The notes under the pieces: model-generated
What the model was told of the DNA's origin: nothing
Seen by the model: only the letters and a program-made list of their open reading frames with translations
Database searches by the model: none
Position numbers and translations under genes: made by a program
Origin: Candidatus Poribacteria bacterium
GTDB taxonomy: Bacteria > Poribacteria > WGA-4E > GCA-2687025
Length of the DNA stretch: 64,000 nt
Assembly: GCA_963665845.2 (NCBI GenBank)
Contig: OY762492.1
Coordinates: 352,001-416,000, forward strand
Reading direction: 5' to 3'
Shown: positions 50,826-60,300 of the stretch, in pieces
How the letters are laid out: every line of letters starts with the position of its first letter
How positions within the stretch are numbered: position 1 is the stretch's first letter

Positions 50826-51773
50826 TCAATTGCTCTTGACCCGAACCTCGTCTTTCGTCAAGGTTCGCCCCAGCGCCGCGTCCCAGTTCATGTTCGCTTC
50901 CGGCGGCGTCGTCTGAACGCAGTCAGGATAAAGCCGCCCGCAGACATACATTTCAGGCGTCCCCCACTCTTCCGTTCCAGGTACGATCCACCGCTTGCCC
51001 TCGATATGCTGAATCGTCGATTTCATGTAATGGACGACATAGGCGCGGCGGTATCGGTCGGAGCGGTTTTGATGGCTGCCGTGAAAGAGCGCGTTGTTGA
51101 AAAAGATGAGCGACCCTTTTGGTACCTCGACAGGAATCGCCTGCTCCGCCGTCTCATCCGTCATGGTGAGCCGTTTTTGCAGGAAATACCCCTCGCTTTC
51201 CACTTGCCCATGATCAACGACGCCGAGATGGTGGCTCCCTGGGACGACCCAAAGGCAGCCGTTCTGCTCATCCGCATCGTCCAGAGCCATCCATGTGCCG
51301 ATCGTGGAGAGGTCGATGTCCTCGCCGACGCTGCTTATATAGGTGTTGCGAAAATACCAGGAGTCCTGATGCCACGCGACAGGGCGCCCCGTTCCCGGCG
51401 GTTTTAAAAAGTACAGGTCGTTTGGACAAAACAGATCATGCCCGACAATATCCTGCACAGGCGCCAGCCGCCGTTCGTCGCGGATATGCGCGCGCACAAA
51501 CGCGCTGAAGGTGTGTATGCGGTACATGTTGTCCAGCGGAAGCGTACCCGCCGTCTCCTTTGTCTGATCGGGGCGGCGCAGTATTGTTCGTTTCTGCTGA
51601 TCGGTCAGCGCGTCGGACGCTTCAACCAGCTCCGCAATCTCATCAGCCCGCGCGCGCAGGGCGTCCATTTCGTCGGCGCCGAACATTTTGGGGCGGATGA
51701 AGTAACCATCCTCCTCATACTGCCGCCGCTCCTTGTCAGTCAGCCGCTGCGCGCTCTTGCCATTGCTTGGCAT
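50826..51773 (-). CDS. Phytanoyl-CoA dioxygenase (PhyH) family Fe(II)/2OG oxygenase
   Basis: FLKPPG, WHQD, WMALDD...NGCL.VVPGSH, HGS..NRS; GGAGG RBS. Confidence 0.9.
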   Translation of the reverse strand: MPSNGKSAQRLTDKERRQYEEDGYFIRPKMFGADEMDALRARADEIAELVEASDALTDQQKRTILRRPDQTKETAGTLPLDNMYRIHTFSAFVRAHIRDERRLAPVQDIVGHDLFCPNDLYFLKPPGTGRPVAWHQDSWYFRNTYISSVGEDIDLSTIGTWMALDDADEQNGCLWVVPGSHHLGVVDHGQVESEGYFLQKRLTMTDETAEQAIPVEVPKGSLIFFNNALFHGSHQNRSDRYRRAYVVHYMKSTIQHIEGKRWIVPGTEEWGTPEMYVCGRLYPDCVQTTPPEANMNWDAALGRTLTKDEVRVKSN

Positions 51774-51774
51774 C

Positions 51775-53931
51775 TTATCCTCCATAACCCCATTCAACCG
51801 AGAGGAGAGTCTCCCGCGGGTTGCCGGGGATGAGCGACAGCCCGCCAAACCCCCACATCTCGTATTCTGTGTCGGTCAGGTTTTTGCCGGTCAAACGGAC
51901 GCGGAAACCCTCATACTCATAAAACGCCGAGGCGTCCAGCAGCGAGTATGCGTCCATCTCGTAGGCGTTGTCCGGCGCGATGAACTGCGCGCCGACATAT
52001 CTCCAGCCCGCCGAGACGCCTAAGCCCTCCATCAACATCTTTTCTGTCCATAGGCTCAACAGATGCGTCGGGGCGAATTGCGGAACGTTGCCCGCATAAT
52101 CGATCTCGGTCGGAACGAATGAGCCGTCCGGCATCGGTATCGGGAGCGTCCGCTTCAGCTCCGTATATTCAGCGTCGGTGAAGGCGTAAGCGGCGCTTGC
52201 CGTCCACCCCGGCTTCAGTTCAGCGGCGATGTCGATCTCCGCCCCCTGCGAGAGCTGCGTCCCTGTTTGAGACAGGACGCCTGAATCGTCCGGCAGACTG
52301 ATGTCTTTCTCGATCCTGAACAGCGCGAGCGACATTTGCGCCTTGCCGTCCATGAGCAGATGTTTGGTTCCAACCTCCGCCTGCGTTGCCGTTTCCGCTT
52401 CCGGTTCCCCGGCGACGCGCGCCGAGGGCGGCGCAAAGCTTTGGCTGAAGCTGGCGTAGACCGAACCGCCTTCGCCCAACGAATAGACCGCGCCCGCCAA
52501 CGGGCTAAGCTGCGAGTAGCTGCGCTCCGTCTCCGTCTTTGGATCTTCATAGCTGATCGAGTCGAACCGCGCGCCGAGGAAGACCTGGATGTCCCTCGTC
52601 AGATACAGTCGATCCACAACATACGGCGCCAAGATAAGCGAGGATGCGTCCGCCCCTAGCGATTGATTCGGCTGCGGAATCGGATCCATCGGGAAGGTGA
52701 ATAAATCGTAGACGCCCATAGGCGAAATCGCCGAGACGTCAATAGTGAATTCGTCTGTCCATTGCGCCGTTTCCAGTCCAATCAGAAACTGATGCGGTAC
52801 CGGACCGGTCTTGACCGACAGCAGCGCTTCCAGCTGATTTCCGATGACCGTTTGCGCGTCGTCCAGCGCCGTTGTAATGCGGTAGGCGTCGATGAGGCCG
52901 GGGCCTCTCTCCATGCCGAAACCCGCAAAGAGCGTCCCCGACGAATCCCACTTAAAATCGGTGAAGTACAGCTTGTCCCGAATCGTGAGCTGGTCGTTTA
53001 TCTCCGTTTCAAGATTGACCTGGGCGCGCAGCGTCGTCTGTTCAGACAGATCGTCTTCCGATTGGTAGGAGGTCGTCCGCTCCACATCCGGCAAAACATT
53101 CGGCGACTGCGACGTTCCTTGACCCAGCATGATGTCCGGCAACAGCGGAATTCCCGCGTCCGATTTGCGTTCGACGATAGAGACTTCCAGCTCCGCCCCG
53201 ATCGTTGTCGACTCGTTCAGCTGGTACAGTAAGGACGGATTTGCGGCGACTGCATTGCTTTCCTTGTCGTCGCGGTAACGGTCGGACTGCTCCCACATCG
53301 TGTTCAAGCGTACGCTGACAGGACTCTGCGCTTCTTTTCCTCCCCATCCGAAATCCCCCGCCGCCCGCATCGCGTTGAATTGTCCATAGCCGAAGCGGAA
53401 ACGCGCGAACGTATCGCCGGTCGGCTTTTTTCGCGCTAGGTTGACCGTTCCGGACAGAGCGTTTCCGCCGTAGAGAAACGCGCCCGGTCCTTTCAACACC
53501 TCAACCCGTTCAATGTTGTAAAGATCGTAAAAGCCGACCTCCGGTTCGGGGGAGCCGTCTGTCATGACGAGACCGCTGCTAAGCGACTCAAAGCCGCGGA
53601 TGATGAACGTTTCAAACACGCCGAAGCCGCCCTGCGCCTGCGCGCCGCTCACATTCTTGAGCGCGTCGCCCAAGCCGACCGCCGACTGGCTTTCCAGAAG
53701 ACCGCTGGATACGACGCCGACGCTCAACGGCGTCTCCAAAAAAGAGAGCGGCGTTTTGACCGCGATGGAGGAAAGCCTTTCGTTCTCAACGACCACCTCT
53801 TCCAGCGCCACCTCTTCCATTTCGCCGGCTTCGGTTTCCGTCTCCCCGCCATGCGCGTCGCCGAGAGCGGCGGACGACCAGCCGAACGTCAGAAGCAGCG
53901 CGGCGGATATTGTTACCGCATATCGATACAT
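51775..53931 (-). CDS. TonB-dependent receptor
   Basis: Signal peptide, EEVVV TonB-box-like, IRGF, IERVEVLKGP.A.LYG, NLTD..Y, PGNPR. Confidence 0.92.
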   Translation of the reverse strand: MYRYAVTISAALLLTFGWSSAALGDAHGGETETEAGEMEEVALEEVVVENERLSSIAVKTPLSFLETPLSVGVVSSGLLESQSAVGLGDALKNVSGAQAQGGFGVFETFIIRGFESLSSGLVMTDGSPEPEVGFYDLYNIERVEVLKGPGAFLYGGNALSGTVNLARKKPTGDTFARFRFGYGQFNAMRAAGDFGWGGKEAQSPVSVRLNTMWEQSDRYRDDKESNAVAANPSLLYQLNESTTIGAELEVSIVERKSDAGIPLLPDIMLGQGTSQSPNVLPDVERTTSYQSEDDLSEQTTLRAQVNLETEINDQLTIRDKLYFTDFKWDSSGTLFAGFGMERGPGLIDAYRITTALDDAQTVIGNQLEALLSVKTGPVPHQFLIGLETAQWTDEFTIDVSAISPMGVYDLFTFPMDPIPQPNQSLGADASSLILAPYVVDRLYLTRDIQVFLGARFDSISYEDPKTETERSYSQLSPLAGAVYSLGEGGSVYASFSQSFAPPSARVAGEPEAETATQAEVGTKHLLMDGKAQMSLALFRIEKDISLPDDSGVLSQTGTQLSQGAEIDIAAELKPGWTASAAYAFTDAEYTELKRTLPIPMPDGSFVPTEIDYAGNVPQFAPTHLLSLWTEKMLMEGLGVSAGWRYVGAQFIAPDNAYEMDAYSLLDASAFYEYEGFRVRLTGKNLTDTEYEMWGFGGLSLIPGNPRETLLSVEWGYGG

Positions 53932-55130
53932 GCGATCTCCTCCAGGCTGCGGATAAACAGGAACCCGTTCGACAACGACGGGCTTGTCCAACCTTTATTT
54001 TTTGTTTCAAGCGCCATCGCATGGGCATGCTCGTTGTAAGCGTCCGGCGAGGCGTCCGCGACAGCGAGGTTGCCCTGTTCACCCAGAATGATCAGCTTGT
54101 CGCTTGCCAAGATGACCGTTCCGCGCCCAAATGTGCGCCCTTTAGCCCAGCTTTCATCGCCCGTGTCGGCGTTGATGCATTTCAACGTTCCGCCGTCGAA
54201 TCCGTAGATGTAGCCGTCTTTATAGACAGGCGACGCCATCTGGCTTTTCAGAACCTTGTTTGTCCAGACGCCGTTGGCGGCGTAGGAGCCGTTGTCCTTT
54301 GCGATCTCCACCACCGATGTCCCTTTGTCGTATCCGGACGCGAGCAGCAGGCGGCTGTCGTTCAGTTGAAGCGGGGTCGCTGAATTGACATCGTAGCTTG
54401 TTTTCCATGGATATGACCAGAGCGGTTCGCCCTCAAGCGAGACTCCGACGGCGCCGTCCGCCGGGAAGAAGACCAGCTGCTCCGTTCCCGCCAAGTTCAT
54501 GAGCGCCGGCGTGGCGTAGCCCGGCTTGCTGGAGTTGGATGTCCAAAGGGTGTCGCCCCTCTTTGCGTCTAGCGCCACGAAGCATTGATCGTCGGCGCCG
54601 CCCGCTTCGGCGTAGACGACGTTGTCGATGATGAGCGGGGAGCCAGAGTACCCCCAGTACGGTTTTCTGCCGGAATAGACCTTGACCAGGTCTTTCATCC
54701 ATGCAGGCGCGCCCGATTCGGCGTTCATTGCATGCAGCTTGCCATGCGCCGAGATCGTATAGACCATGCCGTTGACGACGGCTGGCGTGGCGCGCGGACC
54801 GTCGCCGCCCTGCCTGTCTTTGAAGATCTCGTCGGTGCGCTGCCGCCAGTGTTCGTCGCCTGTCTTGGCGTCTAAGCAGATCAGATATTCGCTTTCATCG
54901 TCGGAGGTCATCGTATAGGCGCGGTCGCCGACAACCGAGACGGCGGAAAATCCGTCGCCGAAATCCATGCGCCAGACCGTTTTCAGCTCGCCGCTGAGCC
55001 AGCCGATCGATTCGACGGTGGTTCCGTCGCGGTTCGGTCCGCGCCATTCAGGCCAATCGCCCGCAAGACTGTTCGCCGTTGCAGAAAGGAAGACAGCGGT
55101 CAAACCCGCCGCCAAGAGTATTCGTTTCAT
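53913..55130 (-). CDS. Secreted PQQ-type beta-propeller protein
   Basis: Signal peptide, DWPEWRGPNRDG, GPRATP, GYSGSP, repeated G...W blades. Confidence 0.87.
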   Translation of the reverse strand: MKRILLAAGLTAVFLSATANSLAGDWPEWRGPNRDGTTVESIGWLSGELKTVWRMDFGDGFSAVSVVGDRAYTMTSDDESEYLICLDAKTGDEHWRQRTDEIFKDRQGGDGPRATPAVVNGMVYTISAHGKLHAMNAESGAPAWMKDLVKVYSGRKPYWGYSGSPLIIDNVVYAEAGGADDQCFVALDAKRGDTLWTSNSSKPGYATPALMNLAGTEQLVFFPADGAVGVSLEGEPLWSYPWKTSYDVNSATPLQLNDSRLLLASGYDKGTSVVEIAKDNGSYAANGVWTNKVLKSQMASPVYKDGYIYGFDGGTLKCINADTGDESWAKGRTFGRGTVILASDKLIILGEQGNLAVADASPDAYNEHAHAMALETKNKGWTSPSLSNGFLFIRSLEEIACIDMR

Positions 55131-55170
55131 GGACAACTCCCACTCGCATAGTTACTTTCGCCGCCTTACT

Positions 55171-55199
55171 ATTTTAGCCGCTATAGAAGGAAAGCGCAA
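55171..55199 (-). promoter_or_regulatory. Sigma70-type promoter heading the minus-strand propeller/TBDR/halogenase operon
   Basis: TTGCGC-17 nt-TAAAAT on the minus strand. Confidence 0.55.
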
Positions 55200-55216
55200 G
55201 CGCATTTGCTGACGGG

Positions 55217-55357
55217 CAGTATGATCATACGATGAATTTCATTTGACCCTAAAGCGTCGGCGCCGCCTGACGTCATTCCCGCGCAAGCGGGAATCTTAAG
55301 GCATCGCAGCCGCCGCGCCCGTCCTTCAAACCTCCTAACCCCCTTTCAAGGGGAATC
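55217..55357. repeat. Composite repeat: degenerate family-B end, REP (55272-55295), CCCCTTTCAAGGGG hairpin
   Basis: GGCAGT...ACGATGA resembles the 11867 TIR; remainder is the reverse of 34046-34126. Confidence 0.7.
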
Positions 55358-55387
55358 GGACGCGACATTTAGAGAGGCGCGGTCGGT

Positions 55388-57382
55388 TTAATGTGGAAGC
55401 CCCCAGTAGGAGACGCCTGTTTTCAACCCGATGAACGCCCACAGCGCCGCCATCACATATTCCCCCAAAATAAGCCCGATGAAGACGGGGCGCGTCCGGC
55501 GGTAGAGGCCGAAGCCGCCGAATTTTAACAGCGTCAACTTCAAAGCCCAGCCCAGCAGCGTTGAAAACCAGAGATGAAACGGCGCCCACGTAACGCCCAG
55601 CGCATATCCGATCGGATGAAAGGGCCACCATAGAAACCGATGGCGCATCCAGAGAAGGAACGCCATGACGCCGCCGCCCGCCGCCGCGCTCATGACGCCG
55701 GGGCCGTTCGGCGGCTGCGGATTGATGACGGAGCGCGCGATCTTGTTCATCTGAAACGGGCCGAGGCCGCGGTAGATCCACCCCTCAAAGTTGAGCGCGC
55801 CTTCCGCGTGCGTCCAGAACATCGTCGAGACGAACGCCGCGGCGACCGCGACCAGAACCGCCAAGCTCATCCACCGCCCAAGGCGCAGCGGACGCGCCGC
55901 CAAACCATGCGCCTCCGTCAACCGAAAGTTCTGAATCGCATACGGCATGAGCGACTCGGAGCTCCAGTGCGGTATGGAGGAGCGCTCAAACGCCAGGAAC
56001 GCGAGATTCCGCGCCCCGACGCGCCGCGCCCCCAGCATCGTCAAAAAAAACTGATGCGGCGAAAAACCGACATTCACCAGCAGCAGCCCCGCGTTGGAAA
56101 CATACCACGCCGCCGCGGTCGCCAGTATCCAGAGCAGCGTCAGAAATCCGATCGTCATCCAGAGCGACATCCCCGCCCAGAGGCACATGAGCGCCATGCC
56201 GCCCAGCCCCAGAAGCGTCCCAGCGAACGCGCCGCGGTAGGAAAGCGGCTCGTCCGCGTCGCTGATGGAAGGGTCGTTTGGGTTCAGCGCTTTTTTCAGG
56301 ACGTCGTTTAAGTGGCGGCGCGCCTGCCATGCCGAGAAGAGCGCCAGAACGAGAACGGCGCCCATCACCTGATTCTGCGTGTTGACCGCTGTAACGGCGA
56401 AGGCGCGGAAAAATACCTGCTGAAATTTATAAAACGCAAAGAAAAACCAGAGGCTCAACGACACATCCAGCCGCAAAAAATAGGTCACGCCGATGACCGA
56501 AAAGTAGACGCGAGGCCAAAGCGGCCATCCCTGAACAAGCGCGTTCCAAGGCGGATTTGGAAACAGATGCCGTATGGAAAAGATGACAGGGATCGACGGA
56601 ACGGACGGATCCAGCCGATGAAGTCCGCGCAGCCCATGCAGAACGACCATGCAGAGCGCCGCGATCCAGAATCCTGACGAGCGGAAGGTTGCGTTGTAGG
56701 CGCGTCCGGACGGATCGGTCTGCGTCATATGCTGCGCGACCTGGACAAGCGGAAACGAATAACGTTCCCGCTCCGACCATTGCCTGCGCAGGATCGCCGC
56801 CCAGCAGCCGACCGCAAAGAAAAACAGAAGCCCAAAGCCGATCCCAAACGCGGCGGGCTTCAACCATGCGCCCCAAGGAATCAGCCGGAGGTCGTCGATG
56901 CCTTCAAAGAACGCCTGCGCCGCCTTTAGATCGGAGACGTAAAGCCATTCTTTGAGATGCGGAAGAACCGCCTCCGCCCATTGATTTTCAGGGGTCGCGT
57001 AATAAAGCGGGGAGGCAAGATACGGGAAGAGAAACTCCATCAGCCCGTAACCTGGAACGGCGGAGGCCGCCGTTGTCATCGCCCAGACGACGGTCAACTC
57101 CGCCGCGTTGAGCCTCCCTTTAGGGCTGACGCGCGACAGGAGCGGGTTGACGGCAAAGACCAGAAACGCGAGAAAGAAAAGCGCGCCCATCGGGAGATGA
57201 TTCGACGCCATCTGCCCGATGGACGCGCCATGCATATATCCGCCGAGAGCGCCCTGAACGGCAGACCAGACAAGCGACAGCGCCACAACGCGCCCCGCCC
57301 GGACGCGCGGAGCGGCAGCCCCAGGGCGGTTTTTATTCTTCAGCGCTCTCGCCGTCCTCCGCCGAATAGAACGGGTCGTCAT
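55388..57382 (-). CDS. Polytopic membrane protein, DUF6785/DUF6784-like (putative transporter)
   Basis: Many TMs; LRRQWSERERYSFPL, WWPFHPIGY, R..RPVFIGLILG; start uncertain. Confidence 0.72.
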   Translation of the reverse strand: MTTRSIRRRTARALKNKNRPGAAAPRVRAGRVVALSLVWSAVQGALGGYMHGASIGQMASNHLPMGALFFLAFLVFAVNPLLSRVSPKGRLNAAELTVVWAMTTAASAVPGYGLMEFLFPYLASPLYYATPENQWAEAVLPHLKEWLYVSDLKAAQAFFEGIDDLRLIPWGAWLKPAAFGIGFGLLFFFAVGCWAAILRRQWSERERYSFPLVQVAQHMTQTDPSGRAYNATFRSSGFWIAALCMVVLHGLRGLHRLDPSVPSIPVIFSIRHLFPNPPWNALVQGWPLWPRVYFSVIGVTYFLRLDVSLSLWFFFAFYKFQQVFFRAFAVTAVNTQNQVMGAVLVLALFSAWQARRHLNDVLKKALNPNDPSISDADEPLSYRGAFAGTLLGLGGMALMCLWAGMSLWMTIGFLTLLWILATAAAWYVSNAGLLLVNVGFSPHQFFLTMLGARRVGARNLAFLAFERSSIPHWSSESLMPYAIQNFRLTEAHGLAARPLRLGRWMSLAVLVAVAAAFVSTMFWTHAEGALNFEGWIYRGLGPFQMNKIARSVINPQPPNGPGVMSAAAGGGVMAFLLWMRHRFLWWPFHPIGYALGVTWAPFHLWFSTLLGWALKLTLLKFGGFGLYRRTRPVFIGLILGEYVMAALWAFIGLKTGVSYWGLPH

Positions 57383-60300
57383 CTGCCGTCTCGTCCAGCG
57401 GATAGTCCGCGCTGTCTTCTTGCGAGACAGCGTTCAGGACGCTGAACAGCGCCGCGTCGATGCTGTCGTCAACGTTCTCATCAACGCTGTCGGCTTCGGT
57501 CTCCTCGGGGTCTTCCGGCGGGAGCTGCGGGATGGCGTCCTGCCGCATGATGCGCTCAACAGGCTGCGCTTCCACCTGCCGGTTTGAGGGGATGCCGGTA
57601 CCCGCCGGTATGAGCCTGCCCATGATCAGGTTCTCTTTCAGCCCTGTGAGCGCGTCCCATCTGCCGTATGCCGCCGCGTTTGCCAGGACGCGCGTCGTCT
57701 CTTCAAAGGAAGCCGCCGAGATGAACGAGTCGGTGCTGAGCGAAGCGCGCTTGATGCCCTGCAGTATCGGCATCGCCTGGGCGGGGCGCGCCTCCTGTTC
57801 CAAGACCAATGTCACCTCGCTCACATACGGCTTTTCGATGGCGACCTGGATCGTTTCGACAGCGGGAAGCTCCCTGTACGCTTCAAGCGTTTCAATCGCA
57901 TCGCGCCGCAGCTGCTGCGCCAGACTCTTGGTGATGACATCCCCCTTTTTCGCAAGGAAAAAGCCTTCAGGCGCCGCCGCGTCTACCGGCAGCGTCGACT
58001 GGTAATGCTCTTTCTCCGCCTCCGTTAGAGAAACGGCAATGATCTGCGTTCCCGACTCCTCCGATTCTGCGGCGACCTCAAGCGTCTTTTCGCCAGCCTT
58101 GCGCAGCCGCGTAATCAGCTTCTTCGTGAGAACGCTCCCCTTTTCAGCGAAAAGGTAACCCGCCGGCGCCGGAATGTCCGCCGCGATCTTGCAATCCCGG
58201 TATTCGTTCTCCGCCGCGTCAACGCTGATCTGTTCAGGAGTGTCGGCGACAACCTGCTTGCCGAGCATCTCAACCAGCTTCTTCGTGACGGAGGCGCCAT
58301 TCTCTGCCAGAACGGTTCCGTCCGGCAACACAACATCCTCCGCCAGCTTCGACTGGTAGTAAGTCGTTTCCGCCTCCTCCAGCGTCGCCGTTTCGATGCG
58401 CTCCGGGATGGACGCCCTTCGCAGCTGCTGAATCAGCTTCTTCGTCATCTTGTCGCCCTTGCGCGCCAGGATGCCGCCCGCCGGATTGTCCACATCTTCC
58501 GCCAGCACTCCGCCCAGGTGGCCGTCCTGAATATCGTCGATGGAGATCGTTTCTTCGCGCGAGATCTTCGTTCCGAGGATGCGCCGATTCTCCCGCTGAA
58601 ACGCGCCGTGCGTCGCCATCTCGCCGACGAGAAAGTCGCTGTCCCCGCGGTCGGTGATCTGAACTTTCCGCATCATTTGACGAATGATCACCTCCACATG
58701 CTTGTCGTTGATCCGTTCGCCTTGGCGCCTGTAGACGGCTTTGATTTCGCGCACAAGGTGCCTGTAGGTTTCGTCGCGCCCCTTCACATCCAGCAGGTCA
58801 TGCGGGTTTTCAAGCCCTTCGGTCAACTTGTCGCCGGCGACGACATGGTCGCCTTCCTGGACGCGGATGAATTTTCCGATCGATATTTTGTATTCGCGGA
58901 AGTTGTCGGGCGCGTCCTTCGGCGTGACGCGGACAATCTGCTGGTTGCGGACGCGCCGGTCAAAAGAGACCTCCCCGTCGATCTCGGTGATGATCGCCGG
59001 ATCCTTCGGCTTGCTCGCTTCAAACAGCGCCTGAACGCGCGGCAGACCGGAGACGATGTCCGACGTCTTCGCCGTTTCCAGCGGAACGCGCGCCAGCGTG
59101 TCCCCAGGCGAGACCGACTCGCCCTCCTTCACCGAGAGACGCGCATGCGTCGGAAGAATGTACGATTCGATTTCATTGCCGGCGTTCTCGCCATGCTCCG
59201 CCACAATTTTGATGCGCGGAATCTTTTCTCTGTATTCGGTGATGACAAGGTCGCGCTGCCCCGTCGCTTCGTCGATCGATTCCTCCATCGTGTCGCCCTG
59301 GATGATTTCCTCGAACCGTACGATTCCCGCCGTTTTTGTTAAGACAGGGACATAGTCCGGCTCGCGGAAGAGCGGCATCTCTTTTTCGACGCGCTGCCCG
59401 TCCTGAACCTGCAGAACGGAGCCGGCAGGGACGCGCCTGTTCTCTATTTCGCGCCCTCCGTCGCCTTCTACGATGAGCCGTCCGTTGCGGAGCGCGATCA
59501 GATCGCCGTTCGGGCGTTCCGCGGTTTCGAGATTTCTAAAGACCGCCCTGCCTTCGCGCGCGCGGACGCGCACGACCGCCTCTTCCCCCGTCCCGGCGGT
59601 CGCGGCTCCGCCCGTGTGGAAGGTTCGCATCGTCAGCTGCGTTCCAGGTTCGCCGATCGATTGCGCGGCGATGATCCCGACCGCTTCGCCGATGTCGACA
59701 AGGCGGTGCGTCGACAGATCGGCGCCGTAGCACATGCGGCAGACGCCGGTCGCCGCTTCGCAGTTGAGCGGGGAGCGGAATGTCGCTTCATACACCTCCG
59801 CGTCGTCGATTCGTTTCGCCTTCTCCGCGGTGACCAGTTCGCCCGCCTCAATCAGAACGCTGCCGTCCGCGGGGTCGAGAATATCCTTCGCGGCGACTCT
59901 GCCGATGGCGACGTTCGCCAAGGTGCTGCCTTCCTCGTCCGCCTCGATCATCGTCTTGAGGACGCCGTCCATCGCGCCGCAATCCTCTTCGGTGACGATC
60001 ACATCCTGCGCGACGTCAACCAGTTTGCGCGTCAGGTATCCTGATTGGGAGGTTTTGACAGCGGTGTCCGCGAGACCCTTGCGGGCGCCGTGCGTCGAGA
60101 TGAAAAACTCCAGTACCGACAGCCCCTCCCGCAGCGATGTGAAGATCGGGGTTTCAATGATGCTTCCGTCCGGCTTCGCCATGAGTCCGCGCATGCCGGA
60201 GATTTGCCGCATCTGGTCGTATCGGGCGCGCGCCCCGGAGTCCGCCATGATATGTTCAGGGTTGAAGCCGCGGGCGTACGATTCATCGGCAGAGAGCGCG

